Both the position numbers and the translations under genes were made by a program. Source: an uncultured Pseudomonadales bacterium (GTDB taxonomy: Bacteria; Patescibacteriota; Microgenomatia; UBA1400; PJMF01). From it: a stretch of DNA of 64,000 nt. This document shows, piece after piece, positions 28,843-40,700 of the stretch. Each line of letters starts with the position of its first letter. Position 1 is the stretch's first letter. The notes beneath the pieces were generated by a model. It was not told the DNA's origin and made no database searches. It worked only from the letters and a program-made list of their open reading frames with translations. The stretch spans positions 45,658-109,657 of the forward strand of contig CAYTIA010000001.1 of NCBI GenBank assembly GCA_964437755.1. Direction: 5' to 3'.

Positions 28843-29202
28843 TTACATCTTTATTTGTATATCTACTCCAGCAGGCAATTCTAAATGCATCAATGAGTCA
28901 ATAGTTTTATTTGTTGGCTCAATAATATCAATCACTCTTTTATGAGTTCTAATCTCATAATGCTCTTGAGCATTTTTATCTGCATTTGGAGCAATTAAAA
29001 CCGTAAACTCTTTTGTATGAGTTGGCAAAGGAACTGGACCAACAACTTTTGCTCCTGTAGAAAGGGCAGTTTGCAAAATTTTTCTACTAGCCTCATCAAT
29101 TACTCTATGATCATAAGATTTTAATCTTACTCTAATTTTGTTCTGATAATCGTCCTTCTTTGCTTGTTTGTCGGACTGCTTTTGATCTTGACCCTTTGCC
29201 AT
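28843..29202 (-). CDS. rpsJ: 30S ribosomal protein S10
   Basis: [28 protein letters not shown]. Confidence 0.97.
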   Translation of the reverse strand: MAKGQDQKQSDKQAKKDDYQNKIRVRLKSYDHRVIDEASRKILQTALSTGAKVVGPVPLPTHTKEFTVLIAPNADKNAQEHYEIRTHKRVIDIIEPTNKTIDSLMHLELPAGVDIQIKM

Positions 29203-29328
29203 ATTCTATTCAATTGTTAAGTATAGTTATTTATTGACAGGTGGTGATTATAATAAATATTTCTCGTTTTGTACAGGCTTTTTCCAGAGTAAAAAAAACG
29301 CTCATAAGAGCTATTTTTAGCCTTAAGT

Positions 29329-29366
29329 AAAAGCAACCTCACCATTGTAGGTGAGGTTGCTTTTTT
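29329..29366 (-). terminator. Terminator after tuf
   Basis: AAAAGCAACCTCACC-N7-GGTGAGGTTGCTTTT inverted repeat with flanking A/T runs. Confidence 0.85.
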
Positions 29367-29376
29367 ATTTTTTCAT

Positions 29377-30573
29377 TTACTCGAGTACTTTAGTAATTGC
29401 TCCAGCTCCAACTGTAATTCCACCCTCACGAATTGCAAAACGCAATCCTTCATGAAGGGCAACTGGGGTAATTAACTCTACAGTCATTTGAGCGTTATCA
29501 CCAGGCATGACCATCTCAACTCCTTCTGGAAGTTTGATTTCACCGGTCACATCAGTGGTTCTGATGTAAAACTGAGGTTTGTAGCCAGTAAAGAATGGTT
29601 TGTGACGCCCACCCTCTTCTTTTTTAAGAATAAGAACCTCGGCTTCAAACTTTGATTTTGCCTTAACACTACCCTTAGCACAGATAACTTGACCTCTTTG
29701 GATGTCGTCCTTTTTTAGACCTCTCAATAAGAGACCAACATTATCTCCAGCTTGACCTTGATCAAGCATCTTTCTAAACATTTCTACTCCTGTTAAAGTT
29801 GTCTCGGCAGTTTCACCCATACCGATAATGTCAACAGAATCTCCAACTTTACATACACCAGCTTCGATTCTACCCGTAGCGACTGTTCCTCGACCCTTGA
29901 TTGAGAAAACATCTTCAACTGGCATTAAGAATGGCTTGTCGAGATCTCGAACTGGCTCAGGGATATATTCATCCACAGCTTCCATTAACTTCATTACTTG
30001 AGCTTGTTGGGTTTCGTCACCCTCAAGAGCTTTAAGTGCTGAGACTCTAATAATAGGAGTATCATCTCCTTCAAAGCCATATTTTGAAAGTAATTCACGA
30101 ACCTCCATCTCAACTAAATCAAGCAACTCTTCATCATCGACCATGTCAACTTTATTTAAGGCAACAATGATCTTTGGAACATTAACTTGCTTAGCAAGAA
30201 GAATGTGCTCTCTAGTTTGAGGCATTGGGCCATCAGTTGCAGAAACAACTAAGATAGCTCCATCCATCTGAGCAGCACCGGTAATCATGTTCTTGATGTA
30301 GTCCTCATGTCCTGGGGCATCAATATGAGCGTAGTGTCTTTTTTCAGTTTCGTATTCAACGTGTTTAATGTTAATAGTAATACCACGAGCTATTTCTTCC
30401 TCACTGGTTTCTACATCCTCATATTTAAGGGGTTTGTTGATATCGGTTGGAAGCTTTACAGAAAGCACTGTGGTAATAGCGGCAGTTAAAGTGGTTTTAC
30501 CATGGTCAACGTGACCAATTGTGCCAACGTTAACGTGAGGCTTAGTTCTAGCAAATGATGTTTTGTCGGACAT
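29377..30573 (-). CDS. tuf: Elongation factor Tu
   Basis: [33 protein letters not shown]. Confidence 0.98.
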   Translation of the reverse strand: MSDKTSFARTKPHVNVGTIGHVDHGKTTLTAAITTVLSVKLPTDINKPLKYEDVETSEEEIARGITINIKHVEYETEKRHYAHIDAPGHEDYIKNMITGAAQMDGAILVVSATDGPMPQTREHILLAKQVNVPKIIVALNKVDMVDDEELLDLVEMEVRELLSKYGFEGDDTPIIRVSALKALEGDETQQAQVMKLMEAVDEYIPEPVRDLDKPFLMPVEDVFSIKGRGTVATGRIEAGVCKVGDSVDIIGMGETAETTLTGVEMFRKMLDQGQAGDNVGLLLRGLKKDDIQRGQVICAKGSVKAKSKFEAEVLILKKEEGGRHKPFFTGYKPQFYIRTTDVTGEIKLPEGVEMVMPGDNAQMTVELITPVALHEGLRFAIREGGITVGAGAITKVLE

Positions 30574-30654
30574 AATGACTCCTACAATAATTAATTTTTA
30601 TTTTTAATGAATCTAATATTCTATCGTATTTTCTTGTTTCTGTCAGGGGGTAAT

Positions 30655-32793
30655 CTATTTTTGAGACCCCTTTCTTTCTTCAACGATTTTTTGAGTAATT
30701 TGTTCAGGAACTACTTCATAACGAGAAGGAAGCATAACGCTACTTGCTCGACCCTGAGTCATACTCCTGAGAATTGTAACGTATCCTTGCATCTCCGCAA
30801 GAGGTACATCAGCAGTGATGATCACAACATTACCTCTATTTTTTGTACCCTTGATACTGGCTCTACGACTACCCAAATCTCCAATAACATCTCCCATAAA
30901 GTCTTCGGGGGTTGTGACTTCAACACTCATGATTGGCTCAATTAAAACAACTTTTGTTTGTGAAAGGGCTGTTCGCAAGGCTTTTGAACCTGCCATCTTA
31001 AAAGCAATCTCACTCGAATCAACTTCATGGTATGAACCATCATAAACAGTTACTTTTAAATCAACCAATGGATAATCAGCTAAATATCCTCTTTCCATAG
31101 CATCCTGAATTCCTTTGTCGATAGGAGTAATAAACTCTTTGGGGATAACTCCACCCTTAATAGCATCAACAAACTCATAGCCTGTACCTCGATCTTTTGG
31201 TTCAACCTTAATTAAACAGTGGCCATACTGACCTCTACCTCCAGATTGTTTAATGTACTTACCCTCACCTTGAGTTTCGCTCAAGATAGTTTCTCGATAA
31301 GCAACCTGTGGTTTTCCTGTATTGGCTTCCATGCCAAATTCTCGCTTCATTCTATCAACCAAAATCTCTAAATGTAGTTCTCCCATTCCACCAATTAATG
31401 TTTGACCTGTATCATGATCAACCTTGATTTCAAAAGTTGGATCTTCAGCACTCAATTTATTAAGAGCTACACCCATCTTTTCCTGATCAGATTTTGTTTT
31501 TGGTTCAATAGCCAAATAAATAACTGGCTCAGCAAAAGTAATTCTTTCTAAAACAATAGGATGAGCATCATCGCAAAGAGTATCGCCAGTTGATGTATTT
31601 TTAAGTCCAATAATTGCCACAATTTCACCAGCCCTTGCTTCCTCAATCTCTTCTCTTTCATTTGAATGCATCAATAACAAGCGGCCAACTCTTTCTTTAG
31701 TATCAGAGCTTGAGTTGTAAACATAGCTACCTGATTTTAGAACTCCGGAATAAACACGAACATAAGTTAGTGTTCCCACGTGTGGATCAGTTTGAATCTT
31801 GAATGATAATCCACAAAATTTTTCTTCAGGAATTAGTTTTCTTTCCTCCTCTTCCTCTGTTTTTGGATTTTTACCCTTAATGCTCTCTATATCCTGAGGA
31901 GAGGGTAAATACTCGATAATAGCATCAAGCAAAACCTGAACTCCAGTATTTTTAAATGAACTCCCTCCAAAAACTGGCACCAAACTATAATTAATGGTAG
32001 CTTTTCTAAGAGCAGCCTTGAGCTCATTAATTTCTAGCTCTTGTTCCATTAAAAACTTTTCCATTAGTGCATCATCTGTTTCGGCAATGGCCTCAACTAA
32101 CTCAGCTCTTTTTTGCTCAACCAAATCTTTGTACTCTTCGGGAATCTCTTTAATTTCAGGTTCGGTGTCTTCAGACGAATCTTTCCAAAACAAAGCTCTT
32201 CTTTCTAAAAGTTGAATTACTCCTGAAAAACTGTTCTCAGCCCCCATCGTTAAAACCATTACTGCTGGCTTAACACCAAACTTATCCTTTATGTCCTGAA
32301 CTGTCATATCGAAGTCTGCACCAAGTTTATCCATTTTGTTAATCCAACAAATTCTTGGAACATTGTATTTATCAGCTTGTCTCCAAACAGTTTCAGATTG
32401 AGACTGAACTCCCTCACTAGCATCCAAAACAGTGACGCCACCATCAAGAACTCTTAATGAGCGCTCAACTTCAGCAGTAAAATCCACGTGTCCTGGAGTA
32501 TCAATTAGGTTGATTCGGTAATCTGCAGTTGGTAAGTGTGCTTGATCAAAATACTGCTTCCAAAATGTGGTGGTTGCAGCCGATTGGATAGTAATACCTC
32601 TTTCTTGTTCTTGTTCCATCCAGTCCATGGTGGCAGCACCAGAATCTACCTCACCTATTTTGTAGTTTCTGCCTGTATAAAACAAAATTCTTTCGCTGGT
32701 AGTTGTTTTTCCTGCATCAATATGGGCAATAATACCGATATTTCTTACCCTCTCGAGAGGAACTTGCTTATGATAACTGGGTTTGTCTGACAT
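30655..32793 (-). CDS. fusA: Elongation factor G
   Basis: [43 protein letters not shown]. Confidence 0.98.
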   Translation of the reverse strand: MSDKPSYHKQVPLERVRNIGIIAHIDAGKTTTSERILFYTGRNYKIGEVDSGAATMDWMEQEQERGITIQSAATTTFWKQYFDQAHLPTADYRINLIDTPGHVDFTAEVERSLRVLDGGVTVLDASEGVQSQSETVWRQADKYNVPRICWINKMDKLGADFDMTVQDIKDKFGVKPAVMVLTMGAENSFSGVIQLLERRALFWKDSSEDTEPEIKEIPEEYKDLVEQKRAELVEAIAETDDALMEKFLMEQELEINELKAALRKATINYSLVPVFGGSSFKNTGVQVLLDAIIEYLPSPQDIESIKGKNPKTEEEEERKLIPEEKFCGLSFKIQTDPHVGTLTYVRVYSGVLKSGSYVYNSSSDTKERVGRLLLMHSNEREEIEEARAGEIVAIIGLKNTSTGDTLCDDAHPIVLERITFAEPVIYLAIEPKTKSDQEKMGVALNKLSAEDPTFEIKVDHDTGQTLIGGMGELHLEILVDRMKREFGMEANTGKPQVAYRETILSETQGEGKYIKQSGGRGQYGHCLIKVEPKDRGTGYEFVDAIKGGVIPKEFITPIDKGIQDAMERGYLADYPLVDLKVTVYDGSYHEVDSSEIAFKMAGSKALRTALSQTKVVLIEPIMSVEVTTPEDFMGDVIGDLGSRRASIKGTKNRGNVVIITADVPLAEMQGYVTILRSMTQGRASSVMLPSRYEVVPEQITQKIVEERKGSQK

Positions 32794-32861
32794 ACGATAT
32801 TACTTTAGTATTTTAATAACAACAATAACGGGCTTACTCACAAATATTTCCCTTGAGAAAA

Positions 32862-33338
32862 TTACCATCTAAAATGAGCAAAAGCTTTATTGGCTTCAGC
32901 CATTCTGTGAGAGGTATTACGTCTAGCAATTGAGCCACCTTCTTGATTCATAGCATCCAACATTTCAGCAGCTAATTTTTCTGCAAAACTGTGATACTTG
33001 GCATTTGGTCTTTTGTTAGCCTCAATTACTAACCAGCGAACTGCTAATGAGCTTGCTCTTCTTGTTTTTACTGGAGTTGGAACTTGATAAGATGCACCAC
33101 CAACTCTACGAGATCTAACCTCCATTTTTGGAGCAACCACATCAACTAGTTCATCAAGAAATTCCACTGGAGATTTCTTGGATTCTTTAGACACTATTTC
33201 AAGTGCTTGATAGACTTGTTTGGCAGCAACTAATTTTTTACCACCCTTCATTGAGCGGTTGATCAATTTACTAACCAAAACGGAGCCAAACTTTTGATCA
33301 GGCTCAGTTGTTCGAAGATAATTTTTTTTAGTTCTCAT
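32862..33338 (-). CDS. rpsG: 30S ribosomal protein S7
   Basis: RRVGGASYQVP, MAEANKAFAHFRW. Confidence 0.98.
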   Translation of the reverse strand: MRTKKNYLRTTEPDQKFGSVLVSKLINRSMKGGKKLVAAKQVYQALEIVSKESKKSPVEFLDELVDVVAPKMEVRSRRVGGASYQVPTPVKTRRASSLAVRWLVIEANKRPNAKYHSFAEKLAAEMLDAMNQEGGSIARRNTSHRMAEANKAFAHFRW

Positions 33339-33346
33339 GGCTTTTC

Positions 33347-33754
33347 TTATGATTTCTTAACACCGTACTTACTTCTACTTGATTTTCTGCCATCAACTCC
33401 AGAGCAATCATAAACTCCTCTAACAATGTGATATTTCACACCTGGAAGGTCTTTAACTCTTCCTCCCCTGACCAAAACAATGCTGTGTTCAGCTAAATTA
33501 TGACCCTCACCCTGAATATAAGCAGTAATCTCAACTTTATTTGATAACCTAACTCTAGCCACTTTACGAAGAGCAGAGTTTGGTTTTTTTGGAGTCATTG
33601 TTTTAACCACAGTACAAACACCTCTTTTTTGAGGATTCGTAGCTTTGGAGATCATTCCAGAATTACTATTAAAGTTTCTACGTAAAGCAGTAGCTTTAAT
33701 ATTTTTTCTTTTAGTTGATCGACCTTTTCTTATCAATTGGTTAATTGTAGGCAT
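33347..33754 (-). CDS. rpsL: 30S ribosomal protein S12
   Basis: [24 protein letters not shown]. Confidence 0.98.
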   Translation of the reverse strand: MPTINQLIRKGRSTKRKNIKATALRRNFNSNSGMISKATNPQKRGVCTVVKTMTPKKPNSALRKVARVRLSNKVEITAYIQGEGHNLAEHSIVLVRGGRVKDLPGVKYHIVRGVYDCSGVDGRKSSRSKYGVKKS

Positions 33755-33863
33755 AAAACTTTCTTTTGTTATCTACTGGCTCATGTTATTTAACCCAAGC
33801 TGCAGACTACAGATTGTAACACGAGTTTAATTTTTTTTCAGGACCATTTTTATTTTGTCTAAG

Positions 33864-36800
33864 TTATAAACTTGATTCTAGCTCTGCGCCAAAATCCTCA
33901 ATCTCAATTACTTGCGATTGGTCAATCTCTGGCTGCACTTGTTCAGTTTCCTCTTCGTCGCTGGCTAAACCCAATCTTTTTGCAGTTGTTGGAATCAAGC
34001 GTCCAATAATAACATTTTCTTTAAGTCCATCCAAGTAATCGATACTACCAACTGAAGCAGCATCTGTTAACACTTGCTTAGTGTGTTGGAAGGAGGCAGC
34101 TGATAACCAAGAATCGGTATAAAGCGCACTTCTGGTAATACCTAACAATAGTACTTCTGCTGAGGCTGGTTCCCCACCGGCTACCATTGCGTCTTCATTT
34201 ATTTCAACAAATGCGCTTCTAGAAATTACCTCGCCAATCATCAATGTTGTATCTCCAGAATCGGTTACTCTTAACTTATCTCCCATCTTTCTAGCGATAA
34301 CCTCAAAATGACGATCATTGATGCCAATTCCTTGAGATTCATACACGCTCTGAGCTTGATCAACTATATCTAGTTGAGTGGCTAACAAGCCCCGTACTTT
34401 GAGAAGTTCTCCATGATCTACAGAGCCCAAAGTAATTTGTTGTCCAGCATAAACCAAATCTTTATCTTCTACAGCCAATTTGGCATTATTTGGCAATGTA
34501 TAAACTTGAACCTCATCATCTGTGGTCGAACGAACCTCAACCACCTTTTCACCATCTTGCTCTCCAATAGAAACTTTTCCAGCAATAGTGGTAATAATAG
34601 ATTTTGACTTAGGTGTTCTTACTTCAAAAACTTCCTCAACTCTTGGCAAACCCTGAGTAACATCGAGACCAACGATTCCAGCCGAATGCTTAGTTCTCAT
34701 GGTCAATTGAGTACCTGGCTCACCAATTGATTGAGCAGCTACCACTCCGACTGGAGTGCCAACTGATACCAACTCTCTGCTCGAGAAATCTTTTCCGTAA
34801 CAGTGAACACAGATGCCTTTTCTTGATTGGCATGTTAATGGAGATCTCACCTTGACTTGTTGAATATTCTCAGATTGGTCAATCACGCTAGCTATCTCAG
34901 GAGAAATAACTTCTCCTTGTTTAACTAGAGTTTTTTTACCATCCTTAATATCCTCCAGAGAAATTCTTCCCGTAACTCTCTGATAAAAAGCTTCTCTGCG
35001 ACTTTCCTTAGATACAATTATTCCTTGAGTTGTTCCGCAGTCTTCTTCTCTAATAATAAGATCGTGGGATACATCAACCAAGCGGCGAGTCAGATATCCA
35101 GCATTAGCAGTTTTTAAAGCTGAGTCGGTTAATCCTTTTCTTGAACCTCTAGCTGAGTTGACATACTCAAAGATGCTTAAACCTTCACGGAAGTTTGATT
35201 TAGTAGGCATCTCCACAATATTTCCTAGTGGATCAACAACCAAACCTCTCATGGCAGCTAACTGCTTAACCTGATCTTTAGAGGCACGAGTTCCTCCAGA
35301 TTTAATAATAATTTTTAGAGCATTATCTTCATCATAAGAATTCCATGTTAAATCGGCAACATTTTCTGTTGTATCCATCCAAATATCAAAGTTCTTTTTT
35401 CTTCTTTCTTTATTTGAAATTAATCCATGTTGAAAATTTTTATGAACTTTTTCTGCTTGCTTGTTAGCTTCAGTAATAATCTCATCTTTATTCTCTAAAA
35501 TTTTACAGTCAGTAACACTAACTGAAATTCCTGAACGTGTTGCTGCTCTAAAACCAAGATCTTTAATATCATCAATAATTCTCGACACCTCTTCTTCATC
35601 ATAATCTTCAATTGCTTGAGCCACAATTTCTTTAACTTTTTCTGAATTTACCTCTTCATTTATATAAGAAGTGTTATCGGGTAAAATCTCATTAAACTCT
35701 AATCTACCAAAAGTAGTAGTAATAATTTGAGATTTTTTACCCTTATTTATTCTTACTTTGATAGGTTGGTGTAAAGAAATTTTACCAATTTGATAAGCGT
35801 GAGTGGCCTCATCCTTACTTGCAAAAACTGTTGAATACTCTTCTAAAGATGAGTTCATCATTGTGTGATAATAGACACCCATAACCATTTCTTTATTAGG
35901 AACAGTGATTGGTTGGCTATTAGCTGGCTTTAACAAATTTTTTGTAGCCATCATTAAATCTCTGGCTTCTTGTTTTGCCTCTTCAGTTAGTGGAAGATGA
36001 ACTGCCATTTGATCACCATCAAAGTCAGCATTATAACCAGCACAAACACAAGGATGAATCTTAATAGCTCTACCATCAATTAATTTAGGATAGAAAGCTA
36101 AAATTCCAAGCTTGTGTAATGTAGGTGCGCGGTTAAGAAGAACAGGATGGTTCTTAGTTACTTTTTCAAGTACATCGTATACCTCTGGTTCTCTTCGATC
36201 TACTAAATTTCTAGCACTCTTAACGTTGGGAGCAATACCTTGCAAAATTAACTCATGAAAAACATAAGGCTTAAACATCTCTAAAGCCATATCCTTTGGT
36301 AGTCCACACTCATTTAGTCTTAACTCAGGACCAACAATGATAACGCTACGACCTGAATAATCGACTCTTTTTCCAAGAAGATTGCGACGGAAACGACCCT
36401 TTTTACCTTTGAGCATATCTGACAAAGATTTTAGAGGGACTCTACTTGAACGAGTATTTCGAGTAACTTTGGTATCGATTAATGAATCAACAGCCTCTTG
36501 AAGCATACGCTTCTCATTTCTCAAGATTATCTCTGGAGCACCTAAATGAATCAGGTGTTTTAGACGGTTATTTCTATTAATAACTCTTCTGTATAAATCA
36601 TTAAGATCTGAAGAAGCAAATCTTCCACCAGAAAGTTGAACCATAGGCCTTAAGTCTGGAGGAATAACTGGCAAAATCTTCATAAACATCCAGCGAGGAT
36701 CAAGTTGAGCTTGGCGAAAACCTTCAATAACCTTAAGTCTTTTAATATAGTTAGCTGTTCTAACTTGACTCTTGCTCTCTTCTAGTTTGGTACGTAACTC

Positions 36801-37664
36801 TTCTTCTAAGTTGTCAAGATCTGTCTCTTCTACCAAACGGTAGATACTTTCAGCTCCCATACCAACTTCAATAAAGCCTTCAGCTTTATAATCGATAAGT
36901 TTAATATATTCATCTTCTGTTAAAACTGATTTTTTCTTGATACGCTTGACCATTGATTTGATCGCATCATAAATATCGTTATTTCTTTCAACTTCTTTTT
37001 GAAGTTCTTGCTTAACCTCAACCATTTCACGCTTGGCCTTTAATGAAAGATCTTCAAGCTTCATGGCTAAAGTTTCTTCTTTGCCTTTTTTATCTTTAAG
37101 TTGTTCTTTGAGTTTATTTTGGTCTTCTTGAAGTTTTAGCTTTATCTCTTCAATTTTGGATTTGGCAAGTTGACGAAGATTTTCCTCATCTTTCACCTTA
37201 TCAACATCAAGATTATCAACAGTTAAAGAACGGTTATTTTCATCGACCGATAAAACTACATATTGAGAGAAGTAAACAACTGACTGCAAATCTCTTGGAG
37301 AAATACCCAAAAGACGTGAAAGTTTTGATGGGGCTCCTCTGAAGAACCAAACATGAGCAACTGGAGCTGCTAGCTCAATATGACCCATTCTTTCTCTTCT
37401 AACACTTGAGTGAGTGACTTCAACACCACATTTATCGCAAATAATACCCTTGAAACGACGTCTTTTGTATTTTCCGCAATGACATTCGTAATCCTTAACT
37501 GGACCAAATATCTTTTCATCAAACAAACCATCTTTTTCTGGTTTGAGAGAACGGTAGTTAATTGTTTCTGGTTCTTTAACCTCTCCGTGTGACCATTCCA
37601 GCATTTCTTCTGGAGAAGCCAATCTAATTTGAAGTGCGCTAAAGTCTATTATGTTTTTAATCAT
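33864..37664 (-). CDS. rpoC: RNA polymerase beta' subunit
   Basis: Zn-binding CHC...CDKC, NADFDGD catalytic motif, GEPGTQLTMRT, LKENVIIG. Confidence 0.99.
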   Translation of the reverse strand: MIKNIIDFSALQIRLASPEEMLEWSHGEVKEPETINYRSLKPEKDGLFDEKIFGPVKDYECHCGKYKRRRFKGIICDKCGVEVTHSSVRRERMGHIELAAPVAHVWFFRGAPSKLSRLLGISPRDLQSVVYFSQYVVLSVDENNRSLTVDNLDVDKVKDEENLRQLAKSKIEEIKLKLQEDQNKLKEQLKDKKGKEETLAMKLEDLSLKAKREMVEVKQELQKEVERNNDIYDAIKSMVKRIKKKSVLTEDEYIKLIDYKAEGFIEVGMGAESIYRLVEETDLDNLEEELRTKLEESKSQVRTANYIKRLKVIEGFRQAQLDPRWMFMKILPVIPPDLRPMVQLSGGRFASSDLNDLYRRVINRNNRLKHLIHLGAPEIILRNEKRMLQEAVDSLIDTKVTRNTRSSRVPLKSLSDMLKGKKGRFRRNLLGKRVDYSGRSVIIVGPELRLNECGLPKDMALEMFKPYVFHELILQGIAPNVKSARNLVDRREPEVYDVLEKVTKNHPVLLNRAPTLHKLGILAFYPKLIDGRAIKIHPCVCAGYNADFDGDQMAVHLPLTEEAKQEARDLMMATKNLLKPANSQPITVPNKEMVMGVYYHTMMNSSLEEYSTVFASKDEATHAYQIGKISLHQPIKVRINKGKKSQIITTTFGRLEFNEILPDNTSYINEEVNSEKVKEIVAQAIEDYDEEEVSRIIDDIKDLGFRAATRSGISVSVTDCKILENKDEIITEANKQAEKVHKNFQHGLISNKERRKKNFDIWMDTTENVADLTWNSYDEDNALKIIIKSGGTRASKDQVKQLAAMRGLVVDPLGNIVEMPTKSNFREGLSIFEYVNSARGSRKGLTDSALKTANAGYLTRRLVDVSHDLIIREEDCGTTQGIIVSKESRREAFYQRVTGRISLEDIKDGKKTLVKQGEVISPEIASVIDQSENIQQVKVRSPLTCQSRKGICVHCYGKDFSSRELVSVGTPVGVVAAQSIGEPGTQLTMRTKHSAGIVGLDVTQGLPRVEEVFEVRTPKSKSIITTIAGKVSIGEQDGEKVVEVRSTTDDEVQVYTLPNNAKLAVEDKDLVYAGQQITLGSVDHGELLKVRGLLATQLDIVDQAQSVYESQGIGINDRHFEVIARKMGDKLRVTDSGDTTLMIGEVISRSAFVEINEDAMVAGGEPASAEVLLLGITRSALYTDSWLSAASFQHTKQVLTDAASVGSIDYLDGLKENVIIGRLIPTTAKRLGLASDEEETEQVQPEIDQSQVIEIEDFGAELESSL

Positions 37665-37712
37665 GGTGGTGAGTGTTGTTGCTTGTTAACGTTTTTTTAT
37701 AGTAAAAATAAT

Positions 37713-40700
37713 TTATTGATCAATGACTTCATCATCCTCATCGTCTTCTTTAAGATCTAAAGGCATGACATCTAAACCTAACGCGTTAAGCTCTCTCATC
37801 AAAACCCTAAATGACTCTGGAATATTTGGAGGAGGAATTGGAATTCCTTTAACCATAGCTTTAAATGCCTTGGCTCTTCCACTTATATCGTCAGATTTAA
37901 TAGTCAACATTTCTTGTAGAGTGTGTGCAGCTTTATGAGATTCAAGTGCCCATACCTCCATTTCTCCTAGTCTTTGTCCACCCATCTGAGCTTTACCTCC
38001 AAGAGGTTGCTGTGTTACTAGAGAATAAGGTCCTGTTGAACGAGCGTGAACTTTATCATCAACCATATGAACAAGTTTTAAAATATAAGCCACACCAACA
38101 GCGGTTGTCTCTTGATAAGCCTCACCGGTTCTACCATCATATAGTTGAGCCTTCCCATCGGCAGGTAAGCCTGCTTTCTTTAGCTCTTCCCAGATTAACT
38201 CTTCTTTAAAGCTCTCAAAAACTGGTAATGCAACTTTATATCCAAGTTTTTGGGCTGCCCAACCAAGGTGAGCTTCAAGTAACTGACCTAAGTTCATTCT
38301 AGCCAAAACTGAGAGAGGAGAGATAATAATATCAACTGGAGTACCATCCTCTAAGTGAGGCATGTCAGCAATGGGGACTATTCTTGAAATAACACCTTTA
38401 TTACCATGACGTCCAGCTAATTTATCTCCAACCTTGATTTTCCTTTTTTCTGCTACTCTAACTGAAATTTGTTGTAAAACTCCTGGGTCTAACTCGTCTC
38501 CCTCATCTCTATCCAAAACCTTGACATCAATAACAGTTCCACTTTCGCCATGAGGCATTCTTAAGGAAGTATCTCTGACTTCTTTAGATTTTTCACCAAA
38601 AATAGCTCTAAGCAATCTTTCTTCGGAACTGAGCTCTGTTTCTCCTTTAGGAGCAACTTTTCCGACGAGAATATCTCCTGAATTAACCTCACTGCCAATG
38701 CGCACTATTCCATCCTCAGTAAGGTTGGCAAGATAACTTTCGGCAACATTAGGAATATCATTGGTTAACTCTTCAGGTCCCAAACGAGTATCCATTACTC
38801 TAGCTTCATGTTCACTTATGTGGACTGAAGTTAACAAATCTTCTTTAACCAATCTTTCTGAAACCACAATGGCATCTTCAAATCCCAAACCATCAAAAGA
38901 CGTATAGGCAATTAATAAGTTTGTGCCAAGAGCTAACTCTCCATGATCTGCGGCAGGACCATCAATAATAAGGTCGCCCTTTTTAACCTTGTCGCCAATA
39001 TTAACTAGTGGTTTTTGTGAATAGCTAGTACTTTGAGAAGTTCTCTCGAATTTTTTGATAAAATAAATTTCCTTATCTCCATTCAAAGAAACATTCTCTC
39101 GTCCATGAAGAGAGTGTAAAGTTTCAGCATCATTTAGCTCTGCTTTGTTAAGTCTAATTTCAACTCTTTTTCCATCAACATACTCAACAACCCCACCATG
39201 TAGAGCTCTAATAGTATGATTCATGGCACTTGCCACAGCTTCTTCCATACCTGTACCAACAATAGGTGCTTCTGGCTTTACCAAAGGTACTGCCTGACAT
39301 TGCATGTGGCTACCCATAAGAGCACGTGTGGTTTCATCGTTAGCAATAAATGGAATTAATGATGCTGAGGTACCAACCACCTGTCTTGGAACCACGTCAA
39401 TAAACTCAACCTGAGTTGCTGGTCCTTCTAAAAACTGATTTTGGTGACGGAAAGGTACCCATTCTTGAGTGATATAACCATTGTCATCAACATCAATTTC
39501 AGCATGAGTAATTTTGTAGTCTTCTTCTTCATCGGCTGCCATATAAACAACCTCATCAGCGACCTTCATTTTTCCATTTTTCTCTTCAACCTTATTATAA
39601 GGAGCTTCCAAGAATCCATACTCATTTACGTGTGTATATAAAGCAAGGTAAGTAACTAAACCAATATTTTGTCCTTCAGGAGAACGAACCGGACAAATTC
39701 TTGAATACTGTGAAGCATTGATGTCACGCATAGAGAAAGAGGCTCTTTCTCTGGTAACACCACCAGAGCCTAGTACAGACAAACGCCTTAAGTTATCAAT
39801 TTCTGCCAAAGGATTAACTTGATCCAAGATAGCTGAAAGTCTATTTCTTCTAAAAAACTGTGAAACAGTTGCGATAAGAGGTCGAGCATTAACTAGAGCT
39901 GAAGGAGTAAGACTCGAATCAGTCTTGGTCAAAGACATCTTCTCTCGAATTGATCTTTCTAAACGAATTAATCCTATGCGGAAAGCTGTATCTTTAACTA
40001 ACTCGCCGACACATCTAACACGACGATTGCTAAGATGATCTATATCATCAACTTTCCCCGTACCGTTTTGTAATTGAATTAAATACTTGATTGTAGCAAC
40101 CACATCCTCTTTTGAAAGAACGGTGTTTTCAAAATCAACATCAATTTTGAGTCTGCGATTAAGCTTATATCTACCAACTTTTCCTAGGTTATATCTTCTC
40201 TCATCAAAAAAGTGAGACTTAAAATATTCTCTTGCTGTATCTAAAGTGGCTGGCTCACCTGGTCTTAGTTTTTCATAAATCTCAATTAAAGCTTCTTCTT
40301 TTGTATGAGTGTCATCTTTATCAAGAGTATTTTGTAATAAATCATACTCATCTTTATCCAGAATATCTTTATAAAGATCAAGAATTTCCTCATCTGATTC
40401 AACTCCAAGAGCTCTTAATAAAACAGTGGCGGGCATCTTGCGTCTGCGATCAATCTTGACAGTAATTACATTTCTTCTACCAACTACAAACTCAATCCAA
40501 GAACCACGCATTGGTCTCAACTCAGCAGAATAATAAACCTCTCCAGTTGATTGGTATTCTTCACCGGAAAAAGATACTCCTGGAGCTCTTACTAGCTGAG
40601 TAACAATTCCACGTTCGATTCCATTTACAATAAATGTTCCAACAGGAGTCATTTTAGGCACATCACCCATAAAAACATCCTGGGTTCTTCTTTCACCAGT

